Shown here: positions 19,320-27,986 of the stretch, piece by piece | Numbering within the stretch: the stretch's first letter is position 1 | Layout of the letters: each line of letters begins with the position of its first letter | Source: Spirochaetia bacterium | GTDB lineage: Bacteria; Spirochaetota; Spirochaetia; UBA9216 | DNA: 64,000 nucleotides | Reading direction: 5' to 3' | Assembly (NCBI GenBank): GCA_963675665.1 | Contig: OY776510.1 | Coordinates: 3,264,001 to 3,328,000 of the forward strand | Position numbers and translations under genes: made by a program | The notes under the pieces: model-generated | Database searches by the model: none | The model's input: the letters and a program-made list of their open reading frames with translations, nothing else | What the model was told of the DNA's origin: nothing

Positions 19320-20846
19320 ATGAACAGAAAGATAATAATAACCTTGCTGATTGCGGTAATTCTGGCTGCGGCTGTTCTTGCCGGTTGTGAAATATTCGAA
19401 GGACCGCCGATCAGGGACAATCTTAACGATCCGAACAGAGAAGCAGATTACGATATAAATTTAACCCTTGATAACGGTATTGATTATATCGGGGTTCGCT
19501 GGGAAAAAAGCGGGAACATAGATTATGATTTTGAATACCGGATTGTTTACGGAACAGATCCTGATGTAAACAGCGGTAGTAATGACAAACTCTATGTCGG
19601 AGGAGACCAGTATAATATTGGCGATCTTAGTTACGGAACTGAATACAATATATGGCTGCAGGGTGTCGAAAGAGACAATGATGATAACGTAATCTTTTCA
19701 AAATACATCAGCAGCATGCCCGAAGCAAGGGGTGATTTTGTTTATGATTTTGCAGGCAGCGGCGTTTTCACAGTGCCCGGTGACGATACATCGACTTACG
19801 ATCTGGTAAGCTTTGACGACAACAGTATTATTATCGCGGCGGATTATAATTTCATGGGAAATCAGATTTTTGTTAGACTTGCTTACGACGGTTTGTTATT
19901 AAGCGGTTTCGGCACATACGGTATATATGATCCGGGGGTTTCTCCTGTTGATATTGCATGCGCAAAAATGTCGAACGGAGACTTTATAGGCTTCATAAAG
20001 CGGACTACATTTGGGGATCTGTATTATTTTAAAAATGATGAATATACATATTCAACAACCATGAGTTATGCGGCAGCCGCAGCCTGCGGAATGGACAATA
20101 ATTATATGGCGGTAACCGGCACCAACGGAGTGGATAAATTTTCAGTTCTGGTGTTCGATGAAAATCTTATGTCTACGACTGTCGTTGAATATTCTGTAGA
20201 TCATAACCTTTTTTCGTATACTGTTAATACAAGCAGGTCTAATGATGTTTATTATAATAATGAAAGATTATATGCAGCCGGATGGATAGAGAGCACCTCT
20301 TTTGATTATTATATGCATGCGGTCATACTTGATCCGGATAATATAAATATACCGTATGAGTTGGAATTTAATGCCGACTGGGATCCTTCGGAATTACGGG
20401 TTCGCACTATCGGTACTACGGGAACGGAATTATTCGGCCCGCAGATTGCAGCCGACAATGACGGCAATGTTTTCATAGCCGGACGCGGAATTATTTCTAA
20501 ATTCAGAGAAAACGGAAGTCTGTATGATATGGATGAAGAATGGGCTGAATACGGCAGCATTTATCTTCCCGACGGGTTGTTCCCTGTTGATTTGATAGTA
20601 CAGGAGAACGGAAAGATACTGCTTTTTGCCAATAGATGGGCGGATTTTGACGGGCCTACTCCGTACCTGGATCAGAGCTATGTGTACAGATTCAACACCG
20701 ACGGAACTCCGGATTTAAATTTCGGCCCGGACGGAAAAGGAAATCTTCCGTTAACTGATTTAATAACAGGCGCTGATCTCAAAGCGGACGGAAGGATAGT
20801 AGTCTCTGCAAACGGCGGAGAAGGTTATGTTTATCAGATAGAATAG
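19320..20846 (+). CDS. Lipoprotein with FN3-like domain and beta-propeller (delta-60-like repeats)
   Basis: Lipobox VLAGC; repeats RL..DG.L...FG..G / RFN.DG..D..FG.DG, Q.NGKI / ADGRIVV. Confidence 0.72.
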   Translation: MNRKIIITLLIAVILAAAVLAGCEIFEGPPIRDNLNDPNREADYDINLTLDNGIDYIGVRWEKSGNIDYDFEYRIVYGTDPDVNSGSNDKLYVGGDQYNIGDLSYGTEYNIWLQGVERDNDDNVIFSKYISSMPEARGDFVYDFAGSGVFTVPGDDTSTYDLVSFDDNSIIIAADYNFMGNQIFVRLAYDGLLLSGFGTYGIYDPGVSPVDIACAKMSNGDFIGFIKRTTFGDLYYFKNDEYTYSTTMSYAAAAACGMDNNYMAVTGTNGVDKFSVLVFDENLMSTTVVEYSVDHNLFSYTVNTSRSNDVYYNNERLYAAGWIESTSFDYYMHAVILDPDNINIPYELEFNADWDPSELRVRTIGTTGTELFGPQIAADNDGNVFIAGRGIISKFRENGSLYDMDEEWAEYGSIYLPDGLFPVDLIVQENGKILLFANRWADFDGPTPYLDQSYVYRFNTDGTPDLNFGPDGKGNLPLTDLITGADLKADGRIVVSANGGEGYVYQIE

Positions 20847-20870
20847 AAGCATTAGAAAACAAGATTTTAC

Positions 20871-20894
20871 GGCCTGCGTAAGCAGGCCATTTTT
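20871..20894 (+). terminator. Intrinsic terminator, the insertion target of the group IIC intron
   Basis: GGCCTGC-GTAA-GCAGGCC followed by ATTTTT. Confidence 0.85.
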
Positions 20895-20895
20895 A

Positions 20896-22799
20896 GTTTG
20901 CCCTGCATGGGTAATGACTTGACGGTGAGAGTCCGTTACAGGTGGTAGTGTTAAAGAAACTGTTAGCTGACAGCAAGGGCGTAGTCGTGAGGCTGGGTCT
21001 GAAGGAAGCATGAGGCAAATTTCCGAACCGACGAACAGAAATCACATATAAGGCTTTATCAGTGGACGAGTTTGCTAAAAGTGACGAAATCCGCACTACA
21101 ACTGATGAAGTAAATGTGGCGGTTACATGGAAGGAAAGTCATTATCCTTAACGGGGGAGGTCTCATGGACGTCTTAGGCTGCAATATCGCTTATTATAGA
21201 CGGAGTAAAGCTTGCCATGAGAAGTCAGCAGAAGCCATAGTAGTGATGAGGAAACATCATGAAGGGCTGAACAATCAAATACCTTTCAAAGCGGAAAGGC
21301 CTACCTGATAATCCGAACGACGAAAAAAAAAAAAAAGTCTTCACAGGGGATAATTCAGAGTAGAAAGGAACACATGAGAAAGGACGACAAGTTAATACCG
21401 AATACCAATCTATGCGAACAACTGATTTCCCCTGCAAATATTCAGGAAGCTGTCAGAAAGGTGATGGCAAATAAAGGTGCCTGTGGAGTGGATGGAATGG
21501 GAGTAGAAGAACTCCCGAAATACTTCGAGGCGAACTATCCTGAAATATGCAGGCAGATTTTGAGCAGGAAGTACAAACCAAAACCAGTACTGCGAGTAGA
21601 AATACCAAAAGACAACGGGGGCGTACGACTTCTGGGGATCCCCACGGTAATAGACCGTGTAATCCAACAGGCTATGGTTCAGGTTTTAACTCCGGTGTTT
21701 GAACCGACTTTCAGCGACTTTAGTTTTGGGTTTCGACCGAACAGAAGCGCAGAAGATGCGGTTCGACTCGCCCAGACCTACATGTCCGAAGGATACACCC
21801 ATGTAGTTGATTTGGATTTATCCAAGTTCTTCGACACTGTAAACCATGACATCCTAATGAGTTTGATAGACAAACACATGGACGATAAGGACATCAGGAG
21901 GCTCATCTACGTATTCTTAAAAAGCGGAGTGATGACGGATGGAAGTATGATGGCCACAGCCTTGGGAACACCTCAGGGGGGACCGCTGTCTCCACTACTG
22001 TCAAATATTTATCTAACCCCGTATGACAAGGAATTGGAAAAGCGGGGATTACGTTTTGTCAGGTACGCAGATGACTGTAACATCTTCACAAAGAGCAAGA
22101 GGTCTTCTTACCGGGTGAGAGATAGTGTGAAAAGCTATCTTGAGCGAAAATTAAAACTTAAAGTGAATATGGAAAAGACAGAGGCGCGAAAAGCCGCGGG
22201 CTCTTCCTTCCTCGGATTCACCTTCTTGACCTACGGGAAACAGGAAATATTAGGAAGAGTCTATCCTCAAAAGAAGAAACTTAAGAAGCTCGAAGACCGT
22301 ATCAGACTAATTACCCGATGTAACAGAGGAGTAAAGATTGAAACGGTTATTAAAGAGCTTAACAGCATGTTCAGAGGATGGATAGGATACTTCGCAAGAA
22401 GCTCCATGAAAAACTACCTCGAAAGGTTGGTGGAGTGGACAAGAAGACGCATTCGCCAATATCTTTGGAAACAGTGGAAAACCGGAAGGAATAGAAAACA
22501 TCGTTTGAGACAATTAGGCGTTAGTGATTCTGTTCTGAGCCATTGGAAACTTGGAAGCAACTCTTATTGGAAAATGGCCGGTGTTATGAATCCTCTGTTG
22601 AAGAACGATATAATTCATAATCACTTTGGGTTGTTAGATGCTCTGGATTTCTACAAGAAACTCCATACGAAACGCATGGAGGCTGATCGGGTGGTACTTG
22701 ATTTGAGGTACCACAGTCTATTTGGTTGAACCGCCGTATACCGAACGGTACGTACGGTGGTGTGAGAGGCAGAAATTTATTGATTTCTGCCTACTCGAT
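20896..22799 (+). mobile_element. Group II intron, bacterial class C (IIC), apparently full length
   Basis: 5' end GTTTGCCCTGCATGG right after a terminator hairpin; domain V GAACCGCCGTATACCGAACGGTACGTACGGTGG (CGC triad) at about 22728-22762; domain VI with bulged A ending CTACTCGAT. Confidence 0.9.
21374..22729 (+). CDS. ltrA: Group II intron reverse transcriptase/maturase (no endonuclease domain)
   Basis: NKGACGVDG, R.LGIPTV.DR..QQA, SFGFRP.R, DLSKFFD, GTPQGGPLSPLLSNIYL, RYADD; AGAAAGGA SD. Confidence 0.96.
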   Translation: MRKDDKLIPNTNLCEQLISPANIQEAVRKVMANKGACGVDGMGVEELPKYFEANYPEICRQILSRKYKPKPVLRVEIPKDNGGVRLLGIPTVIDRVIQQAMVQVLTPVFEPTFSDFSFGFRPNRSAEDAVRLAQTYMSEGYTHVVDLDLSKFFDTVNHDILMSLIDKHMDDKDIRRLIYVFLKSGVMTDGSMMATALGTPQGGPLSPLLSNIYLTPYDKELEKRGLRFVRYADDCNIFTKSKRSSYRVRDSVKSYLERKLKLKVNMEKTEARKAAGSSFLGFTFLTYGKQEILGRVYPQKKKLKKLEDRIRLITRCNRGVKIETVIKELNSMFRGWIGYFARSSMKNYLERLVEWTRRRIRQYLWKQWKTGRNRKHRLRQLGVSDSVLSHWKLGSNSYWKMAGVMNPLLKNDIIHNHFGLLDALDFYKKLHTKRMEADRVVLDLRYHSLFG

Positions 22800-22824
22800 T
22801 AATTTTATCAGTACGGAGGCGGCC

Positions 22825-23027
22825 GTGTCGCAATTTGAAGAACTCAGAATAGTCGACAACTTCTACCAGACAAGCGCTTATTACCCGATGCCTGTTGTTG
22901 CGATAACTACTTTAAATGATAAGGGGCTGACTAACATAGGTCCTTACTCATTATGCTTTCCATATTATGTTGCGGGTAAAGACTACTACGCAATGCTGCT
23001 TGAAACTCGAAACAACAGCAATACCGC
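22825..23027 (+). pseudogene. 5' part of flavin-reductase-like (split-barrel) gene interrupted by IS66
   Basis: GGAGG SD, GTG 22825; PMPVVAITTLN..G.TNIGPYS motif; frame rejoins at 25347 after removing the IS and one target copy (..NSNTA|VNLL..). Confidence 0.85.
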
Positions 23028-23099
23028 GTAACCGTCAAAACAACCGCACCTTATGTTGAACTCTGAAATCTATTAAACTCCGGGAAGCTGGAGGAAATA

Positions 23100-23414
23100 A
23101 TGAACAAGCAATATACCGCTAAAGAGCGAGCAGACTATCTCACAGAATGGCGTGAGTCCGGGATGTCCGGAGGTCAGTTCTGCCGTGAGAATGATATACG
23201 GCCAACCACGTTTTATAACTGGACCAAACAAGAACGGCAGAAACAGAGAACACAAAAACCGGGTTTCGTAAAATTGCCAATGCTTGAAATACCTGCTGTG
23301 AAGAAAAATATAATCCTCGAACACGGTGGTTGGAAAATAATCCTGCAGCCTGGATTCAGCAGAGAAGATGCAATGGCAGCGATGGACCTGGTGGAAACGA
23401 AAAGTGTTTCCTGA
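23100..23414 (+). CDS. tnpA: IS66 accessory protein TnpA (HTH)
   Basis: W..SGMS...FCRE..I...TFY.W motif. Confidence 0.88.
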   Translation: MNKQYTAKERADYLTEWRESGMSGGQFCRENDIRPTTFYNWTKQERQKQRTQKPGFVKLPMLEIPAVKKNIILEHGGWKIILQPGFSREDAMAAMDLVETKSVS

Positions 23415-23751
23415 TTTCTCCAAGATAAAGATATTCATAAAACCAGGCAGTACCGATATGAGAAAAGCAATAAATGGCTTATCTATGATAGTAGCTGATG
23501 AGCTTGAATCAGATCCACTATCAGGCAATCTATTTTTATTTTGCAATAAAGAGAGACGGAATTTGAAAGCTCTCTATTGGGATAAAAACGGGTTTTGTTT
23601 ATGGCAGAAGAAACTTGAAAAACATCGCTTTCCATGGCCGAAAAATAATCAGGATGCAATAGAGCTGAAGCAGACTGAGCTTGACATGCTTCTAAAGGGT
23701 ATAGATTTCTGGAATGCTCATACAGAATTAAAATATTCTGAAATAACATAG
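23368..23751 (+). CDS. tnpB: IS66 accessory protein TnpB (Orf2; unrelated to the IS605 nuclease)
   Basis: TDMRK.INGL, LFLFCN, K.LYWD.NGFCLW.K.LE..RF.WP; true start may be the internal GTG near 23404. Confidence 0.9.
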   Translation: MQWQRWTWWKRKVFPDFSKIKIFIKPGSTDMRKAINGLSMIVADELESDPLSGNLFLFCNKERRNLKALYWDKNGFCLWQKKLEKHRFPWPKNNQDAIELKQTELDMLLKGIDFWNAHTELKYSEIT

Positions 23752-23795
23752 TATAAGGAATTTACCCTCGGATCAAAAAATGCTAGACTTAAGAT

Positions 23796-25307
23796 ATGGA
23801 TGTTGAAAAGCTTCCTGAAGAAGTACAGCAATACATCAAAGATATTGAACGAAAATGGGCAACGAAATACCAGGCGCTGGAAGAGCGTTTCAAGCTTGAA
23901 TTGTTCAAGAAATATAATCGTTCCAGCGAGAAAGACACAGCCGCTCAGATATTACTTTTTGATAGTGAACCGGATATTGCTCCCGAAGAAGAATCTGAAA
24001 CTCAGAAGGTAGAATCCTATACCAAAAAGAAACCTGGTCGAAAGAAGATAAACGAGAATCTTCCCCGTGAAGAAATCCTTATTGATATACCCGAAGAAGA
24101 GAAGAAATGCGCTTGCGGAGCAGAACTGGTTAGAATAGGCGAAGAAATATCCGAACGAATAAAAGTTGTACCGGAACAGATGTGGGTAGAAAGAACCATC
24201 AGACCCAAATATGCCTGTAAGACTTGTGAAGGCAGCGGAGATGAAGATAAACCTGCGGTGCGGATAGCCCCGACTGCTCCCACAATCTTTCCCAAAAGCA
24301 TAGTAACACCCGAGCTCCTTGCATTTTTGCTTGTAAATAAATATGTAGATCATTTGCCTTTCTACCGGCAGGAAAAGAGATTTGAGCGAATAGGGATCAG
24401 CATAAGCCGACAGGATATGAGCAACTGGCAAAGACAGGCATATGAAGCTCTTATAATCCTGCTTGAACTGATGAAAGAACATCTGAAAACCGGTTCGGTT
24501 ATGCAGATGGATGAAACGAGAATACAGGTTCACAATGAACCGGATAGGCCTGCTACTCGAAACTCCTATATGTGGCTTGCCCGAGGGGGGCCTCCGGGGC
24601 AAGTTGCAATTCTATATGAATATCATGAAACGAGGGGTTCTAAGAATATTCGCAGTTTTCTGGACGGATTCAGCGGCTATCTTCAGACTGACGGTTATGA
24701 AGCATATGTTACAGCGTTGAAAGATTATCCAGATATAATTCATGCCGGTTGTTTTGCTCATGCAAGACGGAAATTCTTTGATGCATCAAGAGTATCCAAG
24801 AAACCTGGCAGTGCTGCTGAAGGGCTGAAATATATTCAGAAACTGTATTTGATAGAGAATGAACTCAGAGCTAAAAACTTAAGTGAACCCGAGTTTCTTG
24901 CAGAAAGAAAAAAGAAGGCAGAACCGCTATTGGCCAAGTTCAGTTCCTGGCTTGAGAAAAGGCAGCATAATGTTGTTCCTTCGACTGAACTCGGAAAAGC
25001 GATATCATATACAATTGGGCAATGGAGCAAACTTGTAAATTATCTTGAATCACCTTATTTGACTCCGGATAATAATGCCTGTGAAAATGCTATCAGGCCG
25101 TTTGTGTTGGGCAGGAAAAACTGGTTGTTTGCCGGCAGCCCAAAAGGTGCTGAGAGTTCTTGCGGGATTTATTCACTTGTTGAAACAGCAAAGCAAAACG
25201 ATCTCAACCCTTATGTTTATCTGAGAAAAGTATTTACCGAAGCTCCGTTGATGAAGTCCAGTGAAGATTGGCAGGAGCTTCTTCCCTGGAATATTTATCT
25301 TAACTGA
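23796..25307 (+). CDS. tnpC: IS66 DDE transposase TnpC
   Basis: KY.DHLP.YRQ, MDET, LQTDGY, C.AHARRKF, DNN..E.AIRP...GRKNWLF. Confidence 0.96.
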   Translation: MDVEKLPEEVQQYIKDIERKWATKYQALEERFKLELFKKYNRSSEKDTAAQILLFDSEPDIAPEEESETQKVESYTKKKPGRKKINENLPREEILIDIPEEEKKCACGAELVRIGEEISERIKVVPEQMWVERTIRPKYACKTCEGSGDEDKPAVRIAPTAPTIFPKSIVTPELLAFLLVNKYVDHLPFYRQEKRFERIGISISRQDMSNWQRQAYEALIILLELMKEHLKTGSVMQMDETRIQVHNEPDRPATRNSYMWLARGGPPGQVAILYEYHETRGSKNIRSFLDGFSGYLQTDGYEAYVTALKDYPDIIHAGCFAHARRKFFDASRVSKKPGSAAEGLKYIQKLYLIENELRAKNLSEPEFLAERKKKAEPLLAKFSSWLEKRQHNVVPSTELGKAISYTIGQWSKLVNYLESPYLTPDNNACENAIRPFVLGRKNWLFAGSPKGAESSCGIYSLVETAKQNDLNPYVYLRKVFTEAPLMKSSEDWQELLPWNIYLN

Positions 25308-25338
25308 TTTTTCAGGGTGCGGTTGTTTTTACGGTTAC

Positions 25339-26055
25339 AATACCGCGGTAAACCTGTTAACAAACGGAAGATGTGTGCTTAACTTTGTTTTTCACGACAG
25401 AAAATATATGGAAAACTGTGTTGAGCTTGGTTTTCCGGGCGATAGTACCGACGAAAAAATGAAAAACAGTATGTTTACACTGATTGATAACCCGTATGAC
25501 ACAGACGGGCAGAAATGGCCGCGGTTGATAGACGAATCATACCAGGCTTTTGTCTGCAGTTGGGCAAGAGACCTTGAAAATGCTGATCGTTTCAAGGTAC
25601 AGGAAAGCTACGAGCCGCCTTATAATAGTTTTAACGGTATAACTTCTGAAGTCGGTGCTCATTTTATCCTGAAAATTGAGAAAATCTATATGAAACCGGA
25701 ATATAAAAAAGGCATTATAAACGGGGTAAAAAAATCAAGCTTTCCGGCTGTTCCGGTGGATTATGGTTACAGGGATAACGGAAACTTCTGGATAGCGGGA
25801 TTCAGAAAACCCTTTTCCGAGAAAATACCGGAAAAAAAGGGAATGGAGCTGGCAGCCGTTAAATATGCCGCTGATAGAACGGATCCGGAAATCAGGTTTA
25901 CGGACGAAGCCTGTGAGCAGCTTGTGAAAGTGCCGCGGATATTCCTGAAAGCTGCCCTTAACGGATGTGCTGAATGGGCCCGCGAAAACGGTGTGAATCT
26001 GATTACTGCCGAGCATATGAAGATTATTCGCGACAAACGGGCAAAGGAAAAGTAA
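25339..26055 (+). pseudogene. 3' part of the IS66-interrupted gene; ends in a PCP_red-like (BchB C-terminal-like) domain
   Basis: Continuous frame to TAA 26055; C-terminus FTDEA.E.L.KVP..FL.......E.WARENG...IT. Confidence 0.8.
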
Positions 26056-26067
26056 AGAAACCGAAAG

Positions 26068-26205
26068 TCACACAAGTGAAATACCTGCCATTATTGAGTA
26101 ATTGGAGAAGTATTATAACCCTATATCAGGGTTATCGTACTTCTCTGGAGTTTAGTTATTTTCCTGTCGCAAAATAACCAAACATCCATTTAATCTTGTC
26201 GCTGT
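26068..26205 (-). repeat. Diverged duplicate of the last 53 bp of ptb, split by an 85-nt double hairpin
   Basis: 26188-26205 plus 26068-26102 match 26214-26266 at 45/53 nt without gaps; insert 26103-26187 folds into two stems. Confidence 0.85.
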
Positions 26206-26213
26206 AGTGATAG

Positions 26214-27110
26214 TTATACCAGTGATACCCCTGCCAGTATTGAGTAATACTTAATCTTGTCGCTGTCGCTTCGTGAGGTGAGGATGATTGGAACATCGGC
26301 GCCTGCAATAAGTCCTGCCATCGGGTAATCGGTAAGGTATGCAATGGATTTGTAAAATATATTGGCAGCTTCGATGTCCGGGAAAAGCAGAACATCAGCG
26401 TCTCCTCCGACTTCTGTTTTTATTCCCTTGATTTCACAGCTTTTGGTCGATATTGCATTGTCCAGTGCAAACGGGCCGTCAATAATACAGTTTTTAATCT
26501 GCCCCCGATCCGACATCTTTGCCAATACTGCCGCGTCAAGGGTTGCAGGCATTGCAGGGTTGACTTTTTCTACAGCTCCTACAACAGCAACCTTCGGGGT
26601 TTCTACTCCGAGTTTCCGGGACACAGCGACTGCATTTTCTACAAGAGAGATTTTGTCTTTCAGTTCTGGCGCAATGTTAAGCGCTGAATCAGTTGAAATG
26701 ATAAGCTTATGGTATGTCGGCGGATTTAAAATTGCTATATGCGACAGAACACCTGAACCGCGAAGGCCTTTTTCCTTGTCCAGGACAGCCCTCATAATTG
26801 TAGCTGTTGAAGTTTTACCCTTCATAAGGCAGTCTCCGCGGCCGTTCCGGATTAATTCAACGGCTACGGCGGCGCAATTCTTTTCTCCATCGGTATTAAT
26901 AATTTCAAAAGAACTTATGTCAACTCCGCATTCGTTTGCAGTCTTCCTGATGTCGCCACTGTTGCCTACCAGTAATACATCTATAATTCCTGCTGATGCT
27001 GCTTCGCTGACAGCTTTAAGCGCGTCGGCTTCTTCGGCCATTGCAAGTACCACTTTTTTTGATTCATTATCAACAGCGGTTTTTTCAAGTTCGGCAAAAC
27101 TTGTTATCAT
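26214..27110 (-). CDS. ptb: Phosphate acyltransferase (phosphate butyryltransferase-like)
   Basis: LMKG...TA, D.ALNIAP, E.VNP.MP.T.DA, DGPFALDNAIS, P.IEAANI.YK, PIILTSRSD. Confidence 0.9.
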   Translation of the reverse strand: MITSFAELEKTAVDNESKKVVLAMAEEADALKAVSEAASAGIIDVLLVGNSGDIRKTANECGVDISSFEIINTDGEKNCAAVAVELIRNGRGDCLMKGKTSTATIMRAVLDKEKGLRGSGVLSHIAILNPPTYHKLIISTDSALNIAPELKDKISLVENAVAVSRKLGVETPKVAVVGAVEKVNPAMPATLDAAVLAKMSDRGQIKNCIIDGPFALDNAISTKSCEIKGIKTEVGGDADVLLFPDIEAANIFYKSIAYLTDYPMAGLIAGADVPIILTSRSDSDKIKYYSILAGVSLV

Positions 27111-27230
27111 TATTTTCCTCCTGTGGGATATAAGAACAACTTAATTATAGTTGACTTTATATATACGGCATTCTACAATCATATCCTATAAAATGGATAA
27201 AGAAAACAGCCAGGACTAAAAGGATGAAGC

Positions 27231-27986
27231 ATGCTATCAATACAAGGCGTAAGCAAACATTTCGGCGGTCTTAAAGCTCTAAAGGGCGTAAGCTTCAATA
27301 TTGAAGAGGGCAGAATTCACGGTATTATCGGTCCGAACGGATCTGGTAAAACGACAATGTTCAATTGTATTACCGGACTTTTAGAGGTAACTTCAGGTCA
27401 GATTTTCCTTGATGATACGGAGATTACTGGTAAACCGCCTCATTTGATTTCTAATCTTGGGATAAGACGAACATTTCAGCAGGGCAAACTTGTACCGTCA
27501 ATGACGGTAGTTGAGAATGTAATGAGCGGTATTTTTGAATATGGAAGACATGATATTGCTGATACCTTTTTCCGATTGCCGTTATCTGAATCAAAAAAGG
27601 AAATTCAGCTTCGGGAGCAGGCGCTTGAGATGCTTGAAATGCTTGATCTGGCAGATTCTGCTGAAAGATGGGCGTACGACCTTGTATGGGCGGAGCGGCA
27701 GTTTGTGCAGATTGCACGTGCTGTTGTTTCAAAACCCAAAATGCTGCTCCTTGATGAGCCGGCATCAGGAATGGGTCCTGCAGAAACAAGCGAAGTAGGT
27801 GAACTGATTAAGAAGGTTAAAAAAATGGGGATTACTCCTGTTGTTGTCAGTCATGATATGAAAATGCTGATGAATGTTGCCGAGATGGTAACGGTCCTTA
27901 ATTTCGGTGATAATATTTTTGAAGGTACACCCGATCAGGTACAGAAAGATCCTAAAGTACTGGAGGCATACCTTGGCACCGAATGA
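27231..27986 (+). CDS. Liv/HAAT-type ABC transporter ATP-binding protein (LivG-like)
   Basis: GIIGPNGSGKTT, RTFQ, LLLDEPASG, V.EAYLG. Confidence 0.92.
   Translation: MLSIQGVSKHFGGLKALKGVSFNIEEGRIHGIIGPNGSGKTTMFNCITGLLEVTSGQIFLDDTEITGKPPHLISNLGIRRTFQQGKLVPSMTVVENVMSGIFEYGRHDIADTFFRLPLSESKKEIQLREQALEMLEMLDLADSAERWAYDLVWAERQFVQIARAVVSKPKMLLLDEPASGMGPAETSEVGELIKKVKKMGITPVVVSHDMKMLMNVAEMVTVLNFGDNIFEGTPDQVQKDPKVLEAYLGTE

Larger units (their letters stand above)
23028..25338 (+). mobile_element. IS66-family insertion sequence, 2311 bp
   Basis: 23-bp terminal IRs GTAACCGT(C/A)AAAACAACCGCACC (1 mismatch); 8-bp target duplication AATACCGC at 23020-23027 and 25339-25346; tnpA-tnpB-tnpC order. Confidence 0.97.

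Noticed and set aside
22726-23031. ORF track 101-aa ORF and 25261-26055 264-aa ORF as independent genes
   Set aside because: Their N-termini are read from intron domain V/VI and from the IS66 right end; they are two halves of one interrupted gene
23368-23751. TnpB as an RNA-guided nuclease
   Set aside because: This is the small IS66 accessory TnpB, with no RuvC or zinc-finger motifs
26150-26183. GTTT...AAAC hairpin resembling a CRISPR repeat or integron attC
   Set aside because: Single copy, no spacers or cas genes; core-site order is wrong for attC and there is no integrase
26068-26266. Diversity-generating retroelement (TR/VR pair) explanation for the ptb duplicate, given an RT 3.5 kb away
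   Set aside because: Only 3 of the 8 mismatches have A in the downstream copy; changes follow codon degeneracy, the target is a metabolic enzyme, and the RT is a typical group IIC maturase within its own intron
26362-27144. 260-aa plus-strand ORF, and other long antisense ORFs (e.g. 32854-33405, 60962-61555, 23952-24602, 16781-17389)
   Set aside because: They shadow well-supported genes on the opposite strand, with no SD or recognisable motifs
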